From an uncultured Desulfospira sp. (GTDB lineage: Bacteria; Desulfobacterota; Desulfobacteria; Desulfobacterales; Desulfobacteraceae), in contig OY760175.1 of assembly GCA_963663165.1 (NCBI GenBank), positions 5,984,001-6,048,000 on the forward strand: 64,000 bases of DNA. The letters run 5' to 3'. The notes under the pieces are model-generated. The model was given only the letters and a program-made list of their open reading frames with translations. It was not told where the DNA came from and made no database searches. This document shows positions 9,529 to 21,048 of the stretch, piece after piece (position 1 is the stretch's first letter; every line of letters begins with the position of its first letter). The position numbers and the translations under genes were made by a program.

Positions 9529-10737
9529 TCAGGCCGCTGTCAGTTTTTTGCAGGCCATGGCAATTTCAAGTTCTTCGTTGGTGGGGACTACCCAGACCTG
9601 TACCGGGCTGTCTTCTGTGGAGATCTGGGCCTCTTTGCCGCGCAGACCGGCATTGGCCTGCCGGTCTATGACAATGCCCAGGGATTCCAGGCCTTCCAGG
9701 CTTTTGGCCCGGGCCACCGGATCATTTTCCCCGATACCGGCGGTAAAGGCAATGGCGTCCAGGCGGCCTAAGACCGCATAATAGGCCCCGATATATTTTT
9801 TGATCCCGTGGCAGAGCATGTCAAGGGCAAGCCTGGCCCGGTCATCCCCTTTTTCAATGGCCGAGTGGATGTCCCGCATGTCGTTCATGCCGCAAATGCC
9901 CATAAGTCCGCTTTCCCGGTCCAGAACCGATTGAACTTCCGTTATGGATCTGCCGGTCACATCGGTCAGGTAGGAGGGCAGGGCAGGGTCGATATCACCG
10001 CACCTTGTTCCCATGATCAGGCCGGCTGTGGGGGTCATGCCCATGGAGGTTTCCTTGCAGGTCCCGCCAGCCACGGCGGTCATGGAACTGCCGTTGCCCA
10101 GGTGGCAGACAATGTTGTTCATTTTGGCAGGGTCCAGTCGGGCCAGCTGTGCCAGGCGCCGTGTCACGAACCGGTGGGACGTGCCGTGGTAGCCGTAGCG
10201 GCGGACCTTGTGATCGGTATAATAGGCTTCTGGGACGGCATACCGGAAGGCATAATCGGGCAGGTCCTTGGCAAACTGAGTGTCAAACACCGCCACGGAA
10301 GGGACGGCAGGAAACAGTTTCAAGGCCGCCTTGATTCCGTCCAGGTTGGCCGGGTTGTGCAGGGGGGCCAGGACACTGTTTTCCTTGATGCCTTCAATAA
10401 CGGTATTGTCCACGATGCAGTTTTCCTTGAAGGTTTCTCCGCCCTGAACCACCCGGTGGCCAATGGCCTGAAGTTCCGAAGGGTTTTTAATCAAGGGGCT
10501 TTCTCCTTCCAGGAGCAGATGGGAGACCTTTTCAATGGCCTGGTCGTGATTTTCAAAGGCCTGGTTAATTTGGATTTTTTCTTTGTTGTCCGATTCCGGG
10601 TTCAGGGTATGGGTCAAGGTGGCATCAGGGCTGCCGATCCGTTCCACAAGGCCCGAACAGATGGCCCGGGTATCGGTCATATCAAATAGTTTATATTTCA
10701 GGGATGACGACCCTGAATTAATTACCAAAACTTTCAT
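9529..10737 (-). CDS. ackA: Acetate kinase
   Basis: INSGSSSLKY, GHRVVQGG, APLHN, RYGYHGTSH, CHLGNGSS and PTNEEL motifs. Confidence 0.97.
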   Translation of the reverse strand: MKVLVINSGSSSLKYKLFDMTDTRAICSGLVERIGSPDATLTHTLNPESDNKEKIQINQAFENHDQAIEKVSHLLLEGESPLIKNPSELQAIGHRVVQGGETFKENCIVDNTVIEGIKENSVLAPLHNPANLDGIKAALKLFPAVPSVAVFDTQFAKDLPDYAFRYAVPEAYYTDHKVRRYGYHGTSHRFVTRRLAQLARLDPAKMNNIVCHLGNGSSMTAVAGGTCKETSMGMTPTAGLIMGTRCGDIDPALPSYLTDVTGRSITEVQSVLDRESGLMGICGMNDMRDIHSAIEKGDDRARLALDMLCHGIKKYIGAYYAVLGRLDAIAFTAGIGENDPVARAKSLEGLESLGIVIDRQANAGLRGKEAQISTEDSPVQVWVVPTNEELEIAMACKKLTAA

Positions 10738-11143
10738 TTTTCATCTTTCTAAATATGGTTAATTTTTAAGCAGGTTCCTCCCACAGGAGCGGGGATTCTA
10801 TGTCCTTGGCAGACTGGGGACCGCGTCGTTAGGGCGCCGGCGTCAAAGGAGCCTGGAAACACACCAAATATCCTCTCAGACAAGAACCGATTTATCAAGT
10901 GTTTTTTGCGTTTGGATTGGCTGGCGCAAGTTCCCTGTCCGGCTTTTTTTAGTTGACAACAGGCAAAATCCTGTCTTACAACAACGGTAACCCAATGTTA
11001 AAAGGTGTTTGGGATATTTAATTTATCGTAATCCAGGGCTTTCACGTCTTGTTTGGGTCGGTCTATTCGGGTTCCGCTAAGATTTTCGGCACTATATATA
11101 AACATCGTCTTTAACCGATTAACCGCATAAAGTACGAAAAAAA

Positions 11144-14100
11144 ATGATCACTCGGATAAGAAAATTCAAACAACATATGTGGCAGACCATTGCCACCCGC
11201 TTGTTCATATGGGTTTGTTCCATTTATCTTGTGGTTTCCTTGTTTGCCACGGCCTGTTATCTGGCCGGGGTATACTCCAATGCCCAGAAAAACATCATCG
11301 CCGAAATGGAGGCGATCAACAACACCTTTTCCGACGGCATATCGCGGGCCCTCTGGATGATCAGCCCTGGCCAGCTGAGGGCCCAGGTAAAAGGGATCCC
11401 CAATATTCCCTTTATTGTCGGTGTCACCGTGGAATCGGATACGTCCCAGACGGTTTCCTACGGCCTTACACCGGATACAATCCCCGAAAAATCTGATACC
11501 TCAAGGACCATTGATCGGTTTTCCCGGCATTTCTCCCTGTTTCAGTATACGGCCCCCCTGATATATAAAGGGGATGGACAGGGGGATGCACAGGATACTG
11601 TTGTGGGCCGGATCACCTTTTATTCCGACCATGCAGCGGTCTGGCAGCGGGTTAAATACAGTTTTATTTCCATTATCGTTATTGTGCTGATCCTCATGGT
11701 TGCCCTGTTTCTGGTGTTTTTTAATGTCAGCCATGTCCTGTTGAGCCGCCCCCTTCACAAGCTGACAGAGGCGTGCCGGAAACTGGATATTAAGAATCTG
11801 GGCAACATCGCCGTTGACCTGGATATGTCAAGGTCCGACGAGTTGTCGGTTCTGGGCAGAACCTTTAACGCCATGGTGAAAAATCTTGACCAATCCAACC
11901 GGGAACTCAACGAGATTCATCAAAAGTATACGGCAAGGCTCGAACACCAGGTCGAAGAGCGGACCGCTGAACTTCAAAAAGCCAATGTGGAACTGGATAC
12001 CATTTTCCAGAACAGCCAGGTGGGCATGATGTTGATCCGGGGGGGACGGACCATAGTCCGGGCCAACCAGCGCCTTGCGGATATTTTCGGGTATGAGTCC
12101 GCCGATGAGATGATCGGATTTTCCACCCAGGGGGGGCACCTGTCTGAAATCCATTATCAGGATTTTGGCAACCGGTTTTATAACACCCTTAAACTCGGGG
12201 ATCAGATACAGGTGGAATACCAGTTCCGCCGGGCAGACCAGTCCATAATCTGGTGCCTGCTTTACGGCAAGGCCCTTGATACAGCCCATCCCCCGGACCT
12301 GAACAAAGGCGTTGTCTGGGTGGTGGATGATATCACCTCCCGGAAAATCATGGAGCAGGAGGTGATCCGGGAGCGGGAACGGGCGGAAGAGGCCAGAAAG
12401 GAAGCGGAAACGGCCAATCAGTATAAAAGCGATTTTCTGGCCAATATGAGCCATGAGATCAGAACGCCCATGAACGCCATTATCGGGATGACCTATCTGT
12501 TGAAACAAAAGGCCCTGACCCCTGAGCAGGCAGAGTATGTCCGGAAAATAGAAAGCTCGTCCAACGCCCTTTTACGGCTGATCAACGATATTCTGGATTT
12601 TTCGAAAATCGAAGCCGGCAAACTGGAAATAGAACAGGTAAAGTTTGACCTTCATACCGTTATTGAGAGTGTCACCAATTTATTGGAAATAAAGGCCGTG
12701 GAAAAGGGGCTTGATTTTATTGTCTCCTACGATCCCGGGCTGAACATGAACCGGTATGGCGATCCCTTGCGCATCGGGCAGATCTTGACCAATCTGGCCG
12801 GCAATTCCATCAAGTTCACGGAAAAAGGGGAGGTGGGGATTTATATCAGCTGGGCCCAAGAGGACCGGGTCCGGTTTGAGGTGCGGGACACGGGGATCGG
12901 CATGACCCCGGAACAGCAGGCAAAGCTGTTTCAATCCTTTTCCCAGGCCGATACCAGCACCACCCGGAAATACGGGGGAACCGGCCTGGGGCTGGCCATC
13001 TCAAGGCAGCTGGCCAGCATGATGGGCGGAGAAATCCAGGCCAAAAGCCAATTGGGCAAAGGCAGCACCTTTCTTTTTGAGCTGTCCCTTAAAGAACAGC
13101 AGGAAGTTAAGGTCCCGGAGCAGCTGTTCAAGAATAAGCGGGTGCTGATTGTGGAAGATACACCGTCATGGCAGGAGGTCCTTTCCCGGATGATCGGCCA
13201 TTATGGCATTGAGCCCGAAGTGGTGGGCACCGGGGAGGAAGCCCTGGCCCTCATGTCCCGTGCGGGCCAGGGCTTTGACCTGGTATTGATGGACTGGCTT
13301 TTGCCCGGCATGGACGGCATTGAAACCACCAAACGGATCAAAACAGACTGTGCCGTGCTGCCGGAAACCATCATCATGATATCGGCCTATGGGAAAGAGA
13401 CCATTGCCCGGGCCGCAAAGGCAGTGGGCATTGATATATTCCTTGAAAAGCCGGTGAATCCTTCGGTGTTGAATGATGTCCTCATTGAAACCTTTGGTGA
13501 GGGCGTAAAAACCGATAAACACTGGCTGCTCAGTGCATCTTCCTTAAAAGATGAGATCACATCCCTTAAGGGGAGCACCATTCTCCTGGTGGAAGACAAT
13601 GCCATGAACCGGGAAATTATTCACGGCATGCTCGACCACAGCGGTCTCCATATTGAGGATGCCGAGGATGGGCGAAAAGGGGTCGAGGTGTATCAGGCAG
13701 ATCCTGACCGGTACGAATTGATCCTGATGGATATTCAGATGCCTGAAATGGACGGGTATGAGGCGACCCGAAGGATACGGATGCTGGATACAAAGATTCC
13801 CATTGTCGCCCTGACGGCCAACGCCATGACCCAGGATATTCGCCGTACCCAGCAGGCCGGGATGAACGAACATTTGAACAAGCCTGTTGATGTGGAAAAA
13901 CTGTTTACGGCCCTGCTGACCTATATTCCCAAAAAGTGTGAGCCGGTGATCAGCACGGAGTCACAGCGGCTTGAAGACTATGCCGCCCAATTCTCAGGAT
14001 TTAAATTTGTTGACACAGAATCAGGGCTTGGTAGAATCATGGGTGACACAAAGCTGTATATTAAACTCCTGAATGATTTTGTGGAACAATATGAAGATGC

Positions 14101-14563
14101 GGGGAACAGGCTGCCCGGTTTGATCGGAAAAGACCGGGGCGAGGCCCGGCGCCTGGTCCATACCATCAAAGGACTGTCTGCAGGCATCGGCGCGGGATCA
14201 CTTCACAAAGCCGCTGAGAAACTGGAGGCTGACTGGACCGACGAATTGATTTCGCAATTTGGCAGGCACCTGGCCGAAATCATAACGGACATTAAGGAAA
14301 ATATCCCTGTATCCGGCGATGAAACGGCACCGGCAGCGGCTAAGCAGCCCCTGGATCAGCAAACCCGCCGGGATTTAATAGGGCGTTTAATGGATGGGGT
14401 GAAACGAAAAAGGCCGCGGTTGATCCATCCGGTGATAGAAGAATTTGAAGCCTATGCGCTGTCCGGTGAAGACAGTCAAATGATGGCGGATCTCAAATCA
14501 TGGACCGGCAAGTATAAATTTAAAGAGGCCCTGGCCGTTCTGGAAGGATGTGACGATGAATGA
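11144..14563 (+). CDS. Hybrid sensor histidine kinase (TM-HAMP-PAS-HisKA-HATPase-2xREC-Hpt)
   Basis: [15 protein letters not shown]-box, GGTGLGL, two receiver domains (LMDWLLP, LMDIQMP), Hpt HTIKG. Confidence 0.93.
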   Translation: MITRIRKFKQHMWQTIATRLFIWVCSIYLVVSLFATACYLAGVYSNAQKNIIAEMEAINNTFSDGISRALWMISPGQLRAQVKGIPNIPFIVGVTVESDTSQTVSYGLTPDTIPEKSDTSRTIDRFSRHFSLFQYTAPLIYKGDGQGDAQDTVVGRITFYSDHAAVWQRVKYSFISIIVIVLILMVALFLVFFNVSHVLLSRPLHKLTEACRKLDIKNLGNIAVDLDMSRSDELSVLGRTFNAMVKNLDQSNRELNEIHQKYTARLEHQVEERTAELQKANVELDTIFQNSQVGMMLIRGGRTIVRANQRLADIFGYESADEMIGFSTQGGHLSEIHYQDFGNRFYNTLKLGDQIQVEYQFRRADQSIIWCLLYGKALDTAHPPDLNKGVVWVVDDITSRKIMEQEVIRERERAEEARKEAETANQYKSDFLANMSHEIRTPMNAIIGMTYLLKQKALTPEQAEYVRKIESSSNALLRLINDILDFSKIEAGKLEIEQVKFDLHTVIESVTNLLEIKAVEKGLDFIVSYDPGLNMNRYGDPLRIGQILTNLAGNSIKFTEKGEVGIYISWAQEDRVRFEVRDTGIGMTPEQQAKLFQSFSQADTSTTRKYGGTGLGLAISRQLASMMGGEIQAKSQLGKGSTFLFELSLKEQQEVKVPEQLFKNKRVLIVEDTPSWQEVLSRMIGHYGIEPEVVGTGEEALALMSRAGQGFDLVLMDWLLPGMDGIETTKRIKTDCAVLPETIIMISAYGKETIARAAKAVGIDIFLEKPVNPSVLNDVLIETFGEGVKTDKHWLLSASSLKDEITSLKGSTILLVEDNAMNREIIHGMLDHSGLHIEDAEDGRKGVEVYQADPDRYELILMDIQMPEMDGYEATRRIRMLDTKIPIVALTANAMTQDIRRTQQAGMNEHLNKPVDVEKLFTALLTYIPKKCEPVISTESQRLEDYAAQFSGFKFVDTESGLGRIMGDTKLYIKLLNDFVEQYEDAGNRLPGLIGKDRGEARRLVHTIKGLSAGIGAGSLHKAAEKLEADWTDELISQFGRHLAEIITDIKENIPVSGDETAPAAAKQPLDQQTRRDLIGRLMDGVKRKRPRLIHPVIEEFEAYALSGEDSQMMADLKSWTGKYKFKEALAVLEGCDDE

Positions 14564-15449
14564 TGAAAAGAGTCAGAAAACCGTTCTGGTGGTAGATGAT
14601 ACAGAAAGCAATCTGGATATGGTTCTGGCAATTCTTCAGGATTATGATGTGATTCCGTGTACGTCGGGTGCAGACGCGCTGAGCATTATTAAGGAGGAAC
14701 CCGTCGACCTGGTCCTTTTGGATATTCTCATGCCTGAAATGGACGGGTATACGGTTTGCACCAGATTAAAATCCGATGTGTCAACCCAGGAGATCCCGAT
14801 TATCTTTATCACGGCCAAAACCGACGAGGAAAGCATTGAAAAGGCCTATGAACTGGGCGGGGCGGATTATGTGACCAAGCCCTTTAAACCCAAGGAGCTG
14901 CTGGCCAGGGTAAAGGTCCAGCTCAGGCTTCAGGACGTGATCCGGGAACTGGATTTCCTGGCCACACGGGATAATCTGACCGGCCTTTATAACCGGAGAA
15001 AGTTTTTTGAACTCGGGGAAGTGCTGTTTAATGACGCTACCGAAAATTTGTATGCCCTGATGATCGATATCGATCATTTCAAGAAGATCAACGATCAATA
15101 CGGGCACAGCGTGGGGGACATTGCCTTGAAAAAGGTGACGTCGGTGATTTCAGATATGGTGCCGCCAGATGCTGTGTTCGGCCGCCTGGGCGGCGAAGAG
15201 TTTGCCGTGCTGTTTTTGTCTGAAAACCATGACACCACCAAGGAGATAACGTCTAAAATTCTAAAGGCCGTTGCCGAGGCCACTATTCCCTTAAAAGACG
15301 GCGGCTCATTTTCCTGTACCATTTCCATCGGCGTGGCCTGTAAACAGGAAAGTACATCTTCCATAGACGGGCTGCTCAAAGATGCCGATATGACCCTTTA
15401 TGAAGCCAAGGAAAGCGGCCGGAACAAGAGCATCTTCCGGGAGCGTTAA
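14556..15449 (+). CDS. Response regulator diguanylate cyclase (REC-GGDEF)
   Basis: LLDILMP receiver; [10 protein letters not shown] and GRLGGEEF; overlaps the kinase stop. Confidence 0.92.
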   Translation: MNDEKSQKTVLVVDDTESNLDMVLAILQDYDVIPCTSGADALSIIKEEPVDLVLLDILMPEMDGYTVCTRLKSDVSTQEIPIIFITAKTDEESIEKAYELGGADYVTKPFKPKELLARVKVQLRLQDVIRELDFLATRDNLTGLYNRRKFFELGEVLFNDATENLYALMIDIDHFKKINDQYGHSVGDIALKKVTSVISDMVPPDAVFGRLGGEEFAVLFLSENHDTTKEITSKILKAVAEATIPLKDGGSFSCTISIGVACKQESTSSIDGLLKDADMTLYEAKESGRNKSIFRER

Positions 15450-15757
15450 GGGACCGGATTGAATATCTGTTCTTTCCCTGTGGCATAATAAACCACAGGC
15501 TGGTCTTTATCATCCACCACGGTTATGTTGACCATACTGCCTTCGGAAATGCCCTCTTCGGCGGGTTTGCCGGCCATGGACAGTTTCCATGCGTACCGCC
15601 AGGCCCTGACATCAGAGTCAAACAGTTTTTCTTCGGCAGTGGGCAGGACATCTGTTTCAAGCTTGCCGTCTTTCATCTGCTGGAACCGGACCTTGAATCC
15701 CCCGGGTTTGACGATCCAGCTGTTGTTAACCAATTCCTGTGCCTGGGAAAGTTTCAT
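15446..15757 (-). CDS. Hypothetical protein
   Basis: 103 aa ORF with AGGAG RBS; ATGA-type coupling to the mscS-family gene. Confidence 0.7.
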   Translation of the reverse strand: MKLSQAQELVNNSWIVKPGGFKVRFQQMKDGKLETDVLPTAEEKLFDSDVRAWRYAWKLSMAGKPAEEGISEGSMVNITVVDDKDQPVVYYATGKEQIFNPVP

Positions 15758-16602
15758 AATTCATCTCCTGGGGTTTCGTCCATAAAGGGGGGCGAAATTG
15801 AGCCGCCTTGTTTCCGGTCAAAATGGACATCCAGCTGGGGATAGGCAAACTGGATGCCTTCATGGTCAAACCGGAGTTTGATTTTTTCAAGCATTTCACA
15901 CCGGGTGGCCCAGTATTTGATGTTATCGACCCAGCAGCGGCCGCCCATCCTCACCCCGCTGGAATCCAGTTCCAATACATAGACCTTTGGCAGGGGTTTG
16001 ATTTTTATTCTGGCATCCGCTCTCATCAATGCTTCTAAGGTCTGTTTTGCCTTTAAGATATCCTGGTCGTAACGGATGGTAAAATCCAGTTTTATTCGCC
16101 GGGTCTGGGTAAAGTGGTAATTAATGACAATATCATCTAAAATCTGACGGTTGGGCACAAAAAATGTTTTTCCGTCAAAGGTCCTTAACCGGGTATTAAG
16201 AACCGTGGTGGCCTCCACTTTGCCTAAAAGATCGCCGATCATCACGGTATTGCCCACCTTGAAGGGCAGGGTTGGCAAAAGGGGACGAAACACCACGATA
16301 ATGCCGATAGCAGACAGGACCAGGATCATCATAAAGGTAATCAGGGGGCCCGGTTTGGCACCGATTTCCATGGCCGCCGCAGTAATGACTACCGATAAAA
16401 GAAAAATGCCCATACTGTTGGCGATAATGGAAATTATAGCGGGTTTTTGAGTGAATCGGCCCACCAGGTTTTTTAGCCCTTTGATGGCCCATTTGGTCAA
16501 AAAAAGGCCGGCGATCAGGATGGCCAGGGCCACTATCATTTCAAGGCCGTGGTTCTGCATCAACTGCCCCATTTCCCTGTATCGAGCAAAGCGATCTTCC
16601 AT
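15754..16602 (-). CDS. Small-conductance mechanosensitive channel (MscS family)
   Basis: Three TM helices, then PFKVGNTV...TRLRTFDGKTFFVPN...TRRI...IQFAYPQLDVH. Confidence 0.88.
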   Translation of the reverse strand: MEDRFARYREMGQLMQNHGLEMIVALAILIAGLFLTKWAIKGLKNLVGRFTQKPAIISIIANSMGIFLLSVVITAAAMEIGAKPGPLITFMMILVLSAIGIIVVFRPLLPTLPFKVGNTVMIGDLLGKVEATTVLNTRLRTFDGKTFFVPNRQILDDIVINYHFTQTRRIKLDFTIRYDQDILKAKQTLEALMRADARIKIKPLPKVYVLELDSSGVRMGGRCWVDNIKYWATRCEMLEKIKLRFDHEGIQFAYPQLDVHFDRKQGGSISPPFMDETPGDEL

Positions 16603-16818
16603 TGGTTATCCTAAATTTAAATTCCGGGTTGGTTTGGGTGTCTATGGATTAATGTCCTATAAGGCAATCCCGGCTGAGTGTCAAGAAAAACACAGCAGGA
16701 ATTTACTGTGGGTGATGTTGCAGTCCCGGAGTTGGAAAAATATGGTGGTTACCGGTCATGGCGGGAAAGAGGCTGAAGGATAAAGGATATCCTGAATACC
16801 TTCAGCCTTAAAAAAAGT

Positions 16819-18288
16819 TTACAGCTGTTTCATGGCGCTCATGTAGGACCGGAGTTTTTTGCCCACCGTTTCCACGCTGGTGGAACGGATGGCCTCGTTG
16901 ACCTGGATGAGCCGGACATTGTCCACGCCGGTGTCTTTGGAATTCAGGCCCTTGCCGATCACATCGGTATCAATGCCTTTCATAAAGGCTTCAAGCAGCG
17001 GCACGGCCTTGTGGGAGAACAGGTAGCAGCCGTATTCCGCCGTATCTGAAATGACCACGTTCATTTCGTAGAGTTTTTTCCGGGCAATGAGATTGGAAAT
17101 CAGGGGCACTTCATGGAGGGATTCGTAATAGGCGGATTCTTCAATGATGCCGGCCGCCACCATGGTGTCGTAGGCCAGTTCCACGCCGGCCTTTATCATG
17201 GCCACCATCAGAATGCCGTTGTCAAAATATTCCTGTTCCGGGATATCCATATCACCGGACTCGGACGTCTCAAAGGCCGTTTTAGCCGTTTCAGCCCGCC
17301 ATCTGAGCAGGTCGGCGTCATCATTGGCCCAGTCTTCCATCATGGTTTTGGAGAAATGGCCGCTCATGATGTCGTCCATGTGCTTGTTGAACAGCGGGGC
17401 CAGGATCTCCTTGAGCTGTTCGCAAAGGTCAAAGGCCCGGATCTTGGCCGGGTTGGACAGCCGGTCCATCATATTGGTGATGCCGCCGTGTTTCAGGGCC
17501 TCGGTAATGGTTTCCCACCCGTACTGGACCAGTTTGGAGGCGTACCCTGCTTCCACGCCTTTTTCAATCATTTTATCATAGCAGAGCAAAGAGCCCATCT
17601 GGAGAACCCCGCAAAGGATGGTCTGCTCGCCCATGAGGTCGGATTTCACTTCAGCCACAAAAGAAGACTTCAGCACCCCGGCCCGGTGTCCGCCGGTCCC
17701 GGCGGCGTAGGCTTTGGCCATTTCCCAGCCCTTGCCTTCCGGGTCGTTTTCCCGGTGAACGGCAATGAGGGTGGGAACCCCGAACCCTCTTTTGTACTCT
17801 TCTCTGACCTCTGTCCCCGGGGACTTGGGGGCCACCATGATCACGGTAAGGTCTTTTCTGATCTGCATGCCCTCTTCAACAATGTTGAAGCCATGGGAAT
17901 AGGACAGGCATGCCCCCTGTTTCATCAGCGGCATGACACTCTCAATTACATTTGTGTGCTGTTTATCCGGGGTCAGGTTGATGACCAGGTCCGCCTGGGG
18001 CAGCATGGTCTTGTAAGTATCAACGGTAAAGCCGTTCTCGCTGGCATTTTTGAAGGACTGCCGTTTTTCCTTTATGGCCGATTCTCTCAATGCATATGAC
18101 ACATCAAGGCCCGAGTCCCTGAGATTGAGTCCCTGGTGAAGTCCCTGGGCCCCGCAGCCGACAATAACGATTTTTTTGCCTTTCAGGGCCTCAACACCGT
18201 TGAATTCTGACTGGTCCATGAAACGGCACTGGGAAAGTTCTTCAAGCTGAAGTCTCAGGGGCAGGGTATTAAAATAATTGTTGCCCAT
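16819..18288 (-). CDS. ilvC: Ketol-acid reductoisomerase (long, class II form)
   Basis: [24 protein letters not shown] and [15 protein letters not shown] motifs; 489 aa. Confidence 0.97.
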   Translation of the reverse strand: MGNNYFNTLPLRLQLEELSQCRFMDQSEFNGVEALKGKKIVIVGCGAQGLHQGLNLRDSGLDVSYALRESAIKEKRQSFKNASENGFTVDTYKTMLPQADLVINLTPDKQHTNVIESVMPLMKQGACLSYSHGFNIVEEGMQIRKDLTVIMVAPKSPGTEVREEYKRGFGVPTLIAVHRENDPEGKGWEMAKAYAAGTGGHRAGVLKSSFVAEVKSDLMGEQTILCGVLQMGSLLCYDKMIEKGVEAGYASKLVQYGWETITEALKHGGITNMMDRLSNPAKIRAFDLCEQLKEILAPLFNKHMDDIMSGHFSKTMMEDWANDDADLLRWRAETAKTAFETSESGDMDIPEQEYFDNGILMVAMIKAGVELAYDTMVAAGIIEESAYYESLHEVPLISNLIARKKLYEMNVVISDTAEYGCYLFSHKAVPLLEAFMKGIDTDVIGKGLNSKDTGVDNVRLIQVNEAIRSTSVETVGKKLRSYMSAMKQL

Positions 18289-18525
18289 GATGAATGGTCT
18301 CCTTTAATTTTGCTGTACCATGAACAATGGCGGGAGGTTTTTTCCCTTTAACAATGACCCGGATTCATGGCAGGTTCAAAAATAATACCGGATATTTCTC
18401 CAAATATCCGGGTGCACTAACATGGCCGATTTTTGCCGCTTCGTCAAATATTTTTTGTTATCTGCATTATCATATGCCAGGACCTGTGCCTCAAAAAAAC
18501 GGGTTGTCCGGATCCTGAAAATTTT

Positions 18526-18763
18526 TATATGAAAGACTCAGCAACCTTTTGAGTTCTTGCAATATTTGTTGTGGGCGGTTCTGGGTTGGATAACCAGGGC
18601 GGCCCGTGGCCGTTTTATAAGAAACTGGAGACAAGAAACAAGAGACAAGAGGGCGAAGCACCTGCGGTGCCCAATTTATAGTCTACCGTTGCTGGTATCT
18701 TCAGTTTCATTATTTGTTGTGGGCGGTTCTGGGTTGGATAACCAAGACGGCCCGTGGCCGTTA
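18526..18763 (-). repeat. Modular intergenic hairpin repeat, locus 1 (A-C-A-B')
   Basis: Two copies of TATTTGTTGTGGGCGGTTCTGGGTTGGATAACCA..GGCCCGTGGCCGTT at 18563 and 18711; reverse complement of the copies at 19.7 and 43.1 kb. Confidence 0.92.
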
Positions 18764-19117
18764 GTTGGCACCAAGCCCATAACGGGCCCCATTGGTCCGT
18801 TCTTTCTTAACACCGATCCGGGGCCTGATTATCAATGCCCCCCAAACGCCTTTAAATTCGTATGTTTTTGAGAGGTTGACCCCTTCACTGGCCCTGCCGG
18901 CTTTTTCCCTTCCGCATATCGACAATGGTGATGGCGTTGCATTCATCGGAATATGTTTAAATGCATATGGCATAAGAGAACCAGAGAATCTGTAAAAGCG
19001 GTATTCGGTGAGACCGGAGACAAAGCTCTGCTTGACAGGGGAATATGGATTCGGTTAAGGGTGCCCTGAACAGAATTTGCATTTTATTGACAGGATTTTA
19101 ACCCATAGGATAATCAA

Positions 19118-19654
19118 GTGGCCCTTAAACCCACCATTTTTAAAGCAAAGATCACCTTGGCCGATGTGGACCGAAATGTTTACGATACCTTGAACCTTAC
19201 CCTTGCCCAGCACCCTTCTGAATCTGTTGAGCGCATGATGGCAAGAGTGATCGCATTCTGCATGAATGCCACTGAAGCCCTGACCATGACCCGAGGGCTT
19301 TCCACCGTGGAGGAGCCGGATATCTGGGAGAAAACCCTGGACGGCAGGATTGCCCTCTGGGTTGAGGTGGGAGAACCTTCCTTTGACCGGATCAAAAAGG
19401 CCGGACGGCTCTCTTCTGCGGTGCGGGTATATTCCTTTAACCTCAAGTCAGACAGCTGGTGGGAGAAAGAAGGGGAAAAGTTCCAGGGGTTAAGTGCCGA
19501 GGTCTTTAAGCTCCAATGGAAAGGCATACAGGAACTGGCTGGATTGGCCAACAGGACAATGGACCTTTCCGTTACGGTTTCAGGCGGTGTAATTTATGTT
19601 TCCGGGAATACCGGGGAGTGCGAAATTTTCTGGAAGCCCCTTAAGGCGGTTTAA
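19118..19654 (+). CDS. YaeQ family protein
   Basis: MALKPTIFKA..L.DVDR..Y....LTLAQHPSE..ERMM; EEPDIW; WVEVGEP. Confidence 0.92.
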   Translation: MALKPTIFKAKITLADVDRNVYDTLNLTLAQHPSESVERMMARVIAFCMNATEALTMTRGLSTVEEPDIWEKTLDGRIALWVEVGEPSFDRIKKAGRLSSAVRVYSFNLKSDSWWEKEGEKFQGLSAEVFKLQWKGIQELAGLANRTMDLSVTVSGGVIYVSGNTGECEIFWKPLKAV

Positions 19655-19712
19655 CCGGGGCAAGGGTCTGGCGGATTTTATTGGCCAGCTGGTAGCTGGA
19701 AAAGAGTTTCTG

Positions 19713-19898
19713 TATAACCGTCACGGACGGCTTGGATTATCCAACCAAGAACCGTCCACAACAAAAAACGAAAGTCTTCTCAGGATGTTAGTGAGACTTT
19801 CATATAACGGCCACGGGCCGCTTTGGTTATCCAACCAAGAGCCGCCCACAACAAATATTGAAAGTCTTTTCAGGACCTTAGTGAGACTTTCATATAAA
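19713..19898 (+). repeat. Modular intergenic hairpin repeat, locus 2 (A-B-A-B, 90 bp period)
   Basis: Tandem 90 bp units beginning TATAAC at 19713 and 19803. Confidence 0.92.
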
Positions 19899-20175
19899 AA
19901 CATAATTTCTATGGTATCCATTCAGATGAAAAACATAGGCTGGCCGACATGTAGTCCTCGCCTTCAACCCCATTTGTCCGCAATTCTTTTTCCAGACCTT
20001 AGCCCCCCCCATAGTTCAAGGGCAAGCTTTAGCGTTTGTAGTCTCTATCTCCTTTCTATTGTCGGGATTGGCCCTTCTCCAATTTCCTTCGAAATTTTAT
20101 AAACTAAACAACATTCCTAACCCCTGAAATCTGTGAGATACTGGGTGGGCATTGATACCGAATAAAGGACCATGA

Positions 20176-20871
20176 ATGATTCCTTGGGAAGAAATCGACC
20201 GGGCAACGGTGCCGGGCCGGAAAAATGAATTGATTCTCCGGAGGCGGGGCGAGGAGTTTTCCATCCGCACCGGCGGAACAGAACTGATGAACAGCCGGAT
20301 GCACGGGTCAGAAGAGGCCCTGGCCAACCTGGCCTTTGAGCATATTGGGCAGAAAACGGTAGGGCAGGGATCGGGATTGCGTATCCTGGTGGGCGGCCTG
20401 GGCATGGGCTATACCCTGGCCAGGACCCTGGCACTGGCGCCTTCGGATGCAAGGATTCTGGTGGCTGAACTGATCCCGGAGGTAATTGCCTGGAACAGGT
20501 CGGTCTTCGGACACTTGGCCGGAATGCCCTTGAATGATCCCAGGGTGAAGGTGGACGCTTTGGATGTCAGGGCGGCGATCCATCGGCAGACAGACGCTTT
20601 TGACGCTATTCTCCTGGATGTAGACAACGGTCCTGCAGGGCTGACCCAGGACGTCAATAACCGCCTTTATGCCGAAAACGGACTGAAAGCCGCCTTCAGA
20701 GCCTTGACCCCGGGCGGTGTCCTCGGCATCTGGTCCGCCGGGGATGATCCCGTCTTTACCCGCCGCCTCGCCAACTGCGGATTCAAGGCAAGGGCTGTCT
20801 CGGTCAGCGCCGTTGCCCCGGGCAGGGGCGGCCGGCATGTGGTATGGATCGCCGTCAAACCGGAAGAATAG
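20176..20871 (+). CDS. Spermidine synthase-like SAM-dependent methyltransferase
   Basis: ELMNSRMHGSE, LVGGLGMGYT and LLDVDNGP motifs. Confidence 0.85.
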   Translation: MIPWEEIDRATVPGRKNELILRRRGEEFSIRTGGTELMNSRMHGSEEALANLAFEHIGQKTVGQGSGLRILVGGLGMGYTLARTLALAPSDARILVAELIPEVIAWNRSVFGHLAGMPLNDPRVKVDALDVRAAIHRQTDAFDAILLDVDNGPAGLTQDVNNRLYAENGLKAAFRALTPGGVLGIWSAGDDPVFTRRLANCGFKARAVSVSAVAPGRGGRHVVWIAVKPEE

Positions 20872-20876
20872 CCAGG

Positions 20877-20934
20877 ATGAACGACGAACGAATCGGAACC
20901 TTGAAATCAAGATCGCCTTTTAGGAAAAGGCCTT
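20877..20934 (+). pseudogene. SlyX-family 5' remnant
   Basis: MNDERI, then after a frameshift RNLEIKIAF*EKA; resembles the SlyX N-terminus (LEIKIAFQE) with CAG>TAG. Confidence 0.6.
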
Positions 20935-21048
20935 CGGTGACGGTCTCCCTGAGTATCCGGGTGCCGGTACGGGCATAGATGCCGCCATTTCCCCTTCGCT
21001 CATGTCAAAGGCGTAGCGCAGGCGCCTTAAAACATCGTTGTTCGTCAT
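20927..21048 (-). pseudogene. DUF1456 (YehS) family 5' remnant
   Basis: MTNNDVLRRLRYAFDMSEGEMA, then a frameshift; ATGA overlap with the cvfB-family stop. Confidence 0.75.

Noticed and set aside
10771..10856. tRNA or SRP RNA call for the multi-stem element
   Set aside because: No TTCGA T-loop or D-loop consensus and no SRP GGAA/AGCAG motif
17113..18099. Long antisense ORFs (also 9808-10689, 32436-33380, 43418-44596, 53573-54430)
   Set aside because: They lie opposite well-supported genes and have no motifs; expected shadows of GC-biased codon usage
18526..19898. Module A repeats as a CRISPR array
   Set aside because: Only two units per locus, repeats are ~55 bp, the 'spacers' recur between loci and are themselves hairpins, and no cas genes are present
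19596..20102. ORFs running through the repeats (also 18557-18871 and 43056-43241)
   Set aside because: The repeated peptides (LSNQEPPTT) simply translate the DNA repeat; copies differ by indels and the substitutions conserve base pairing
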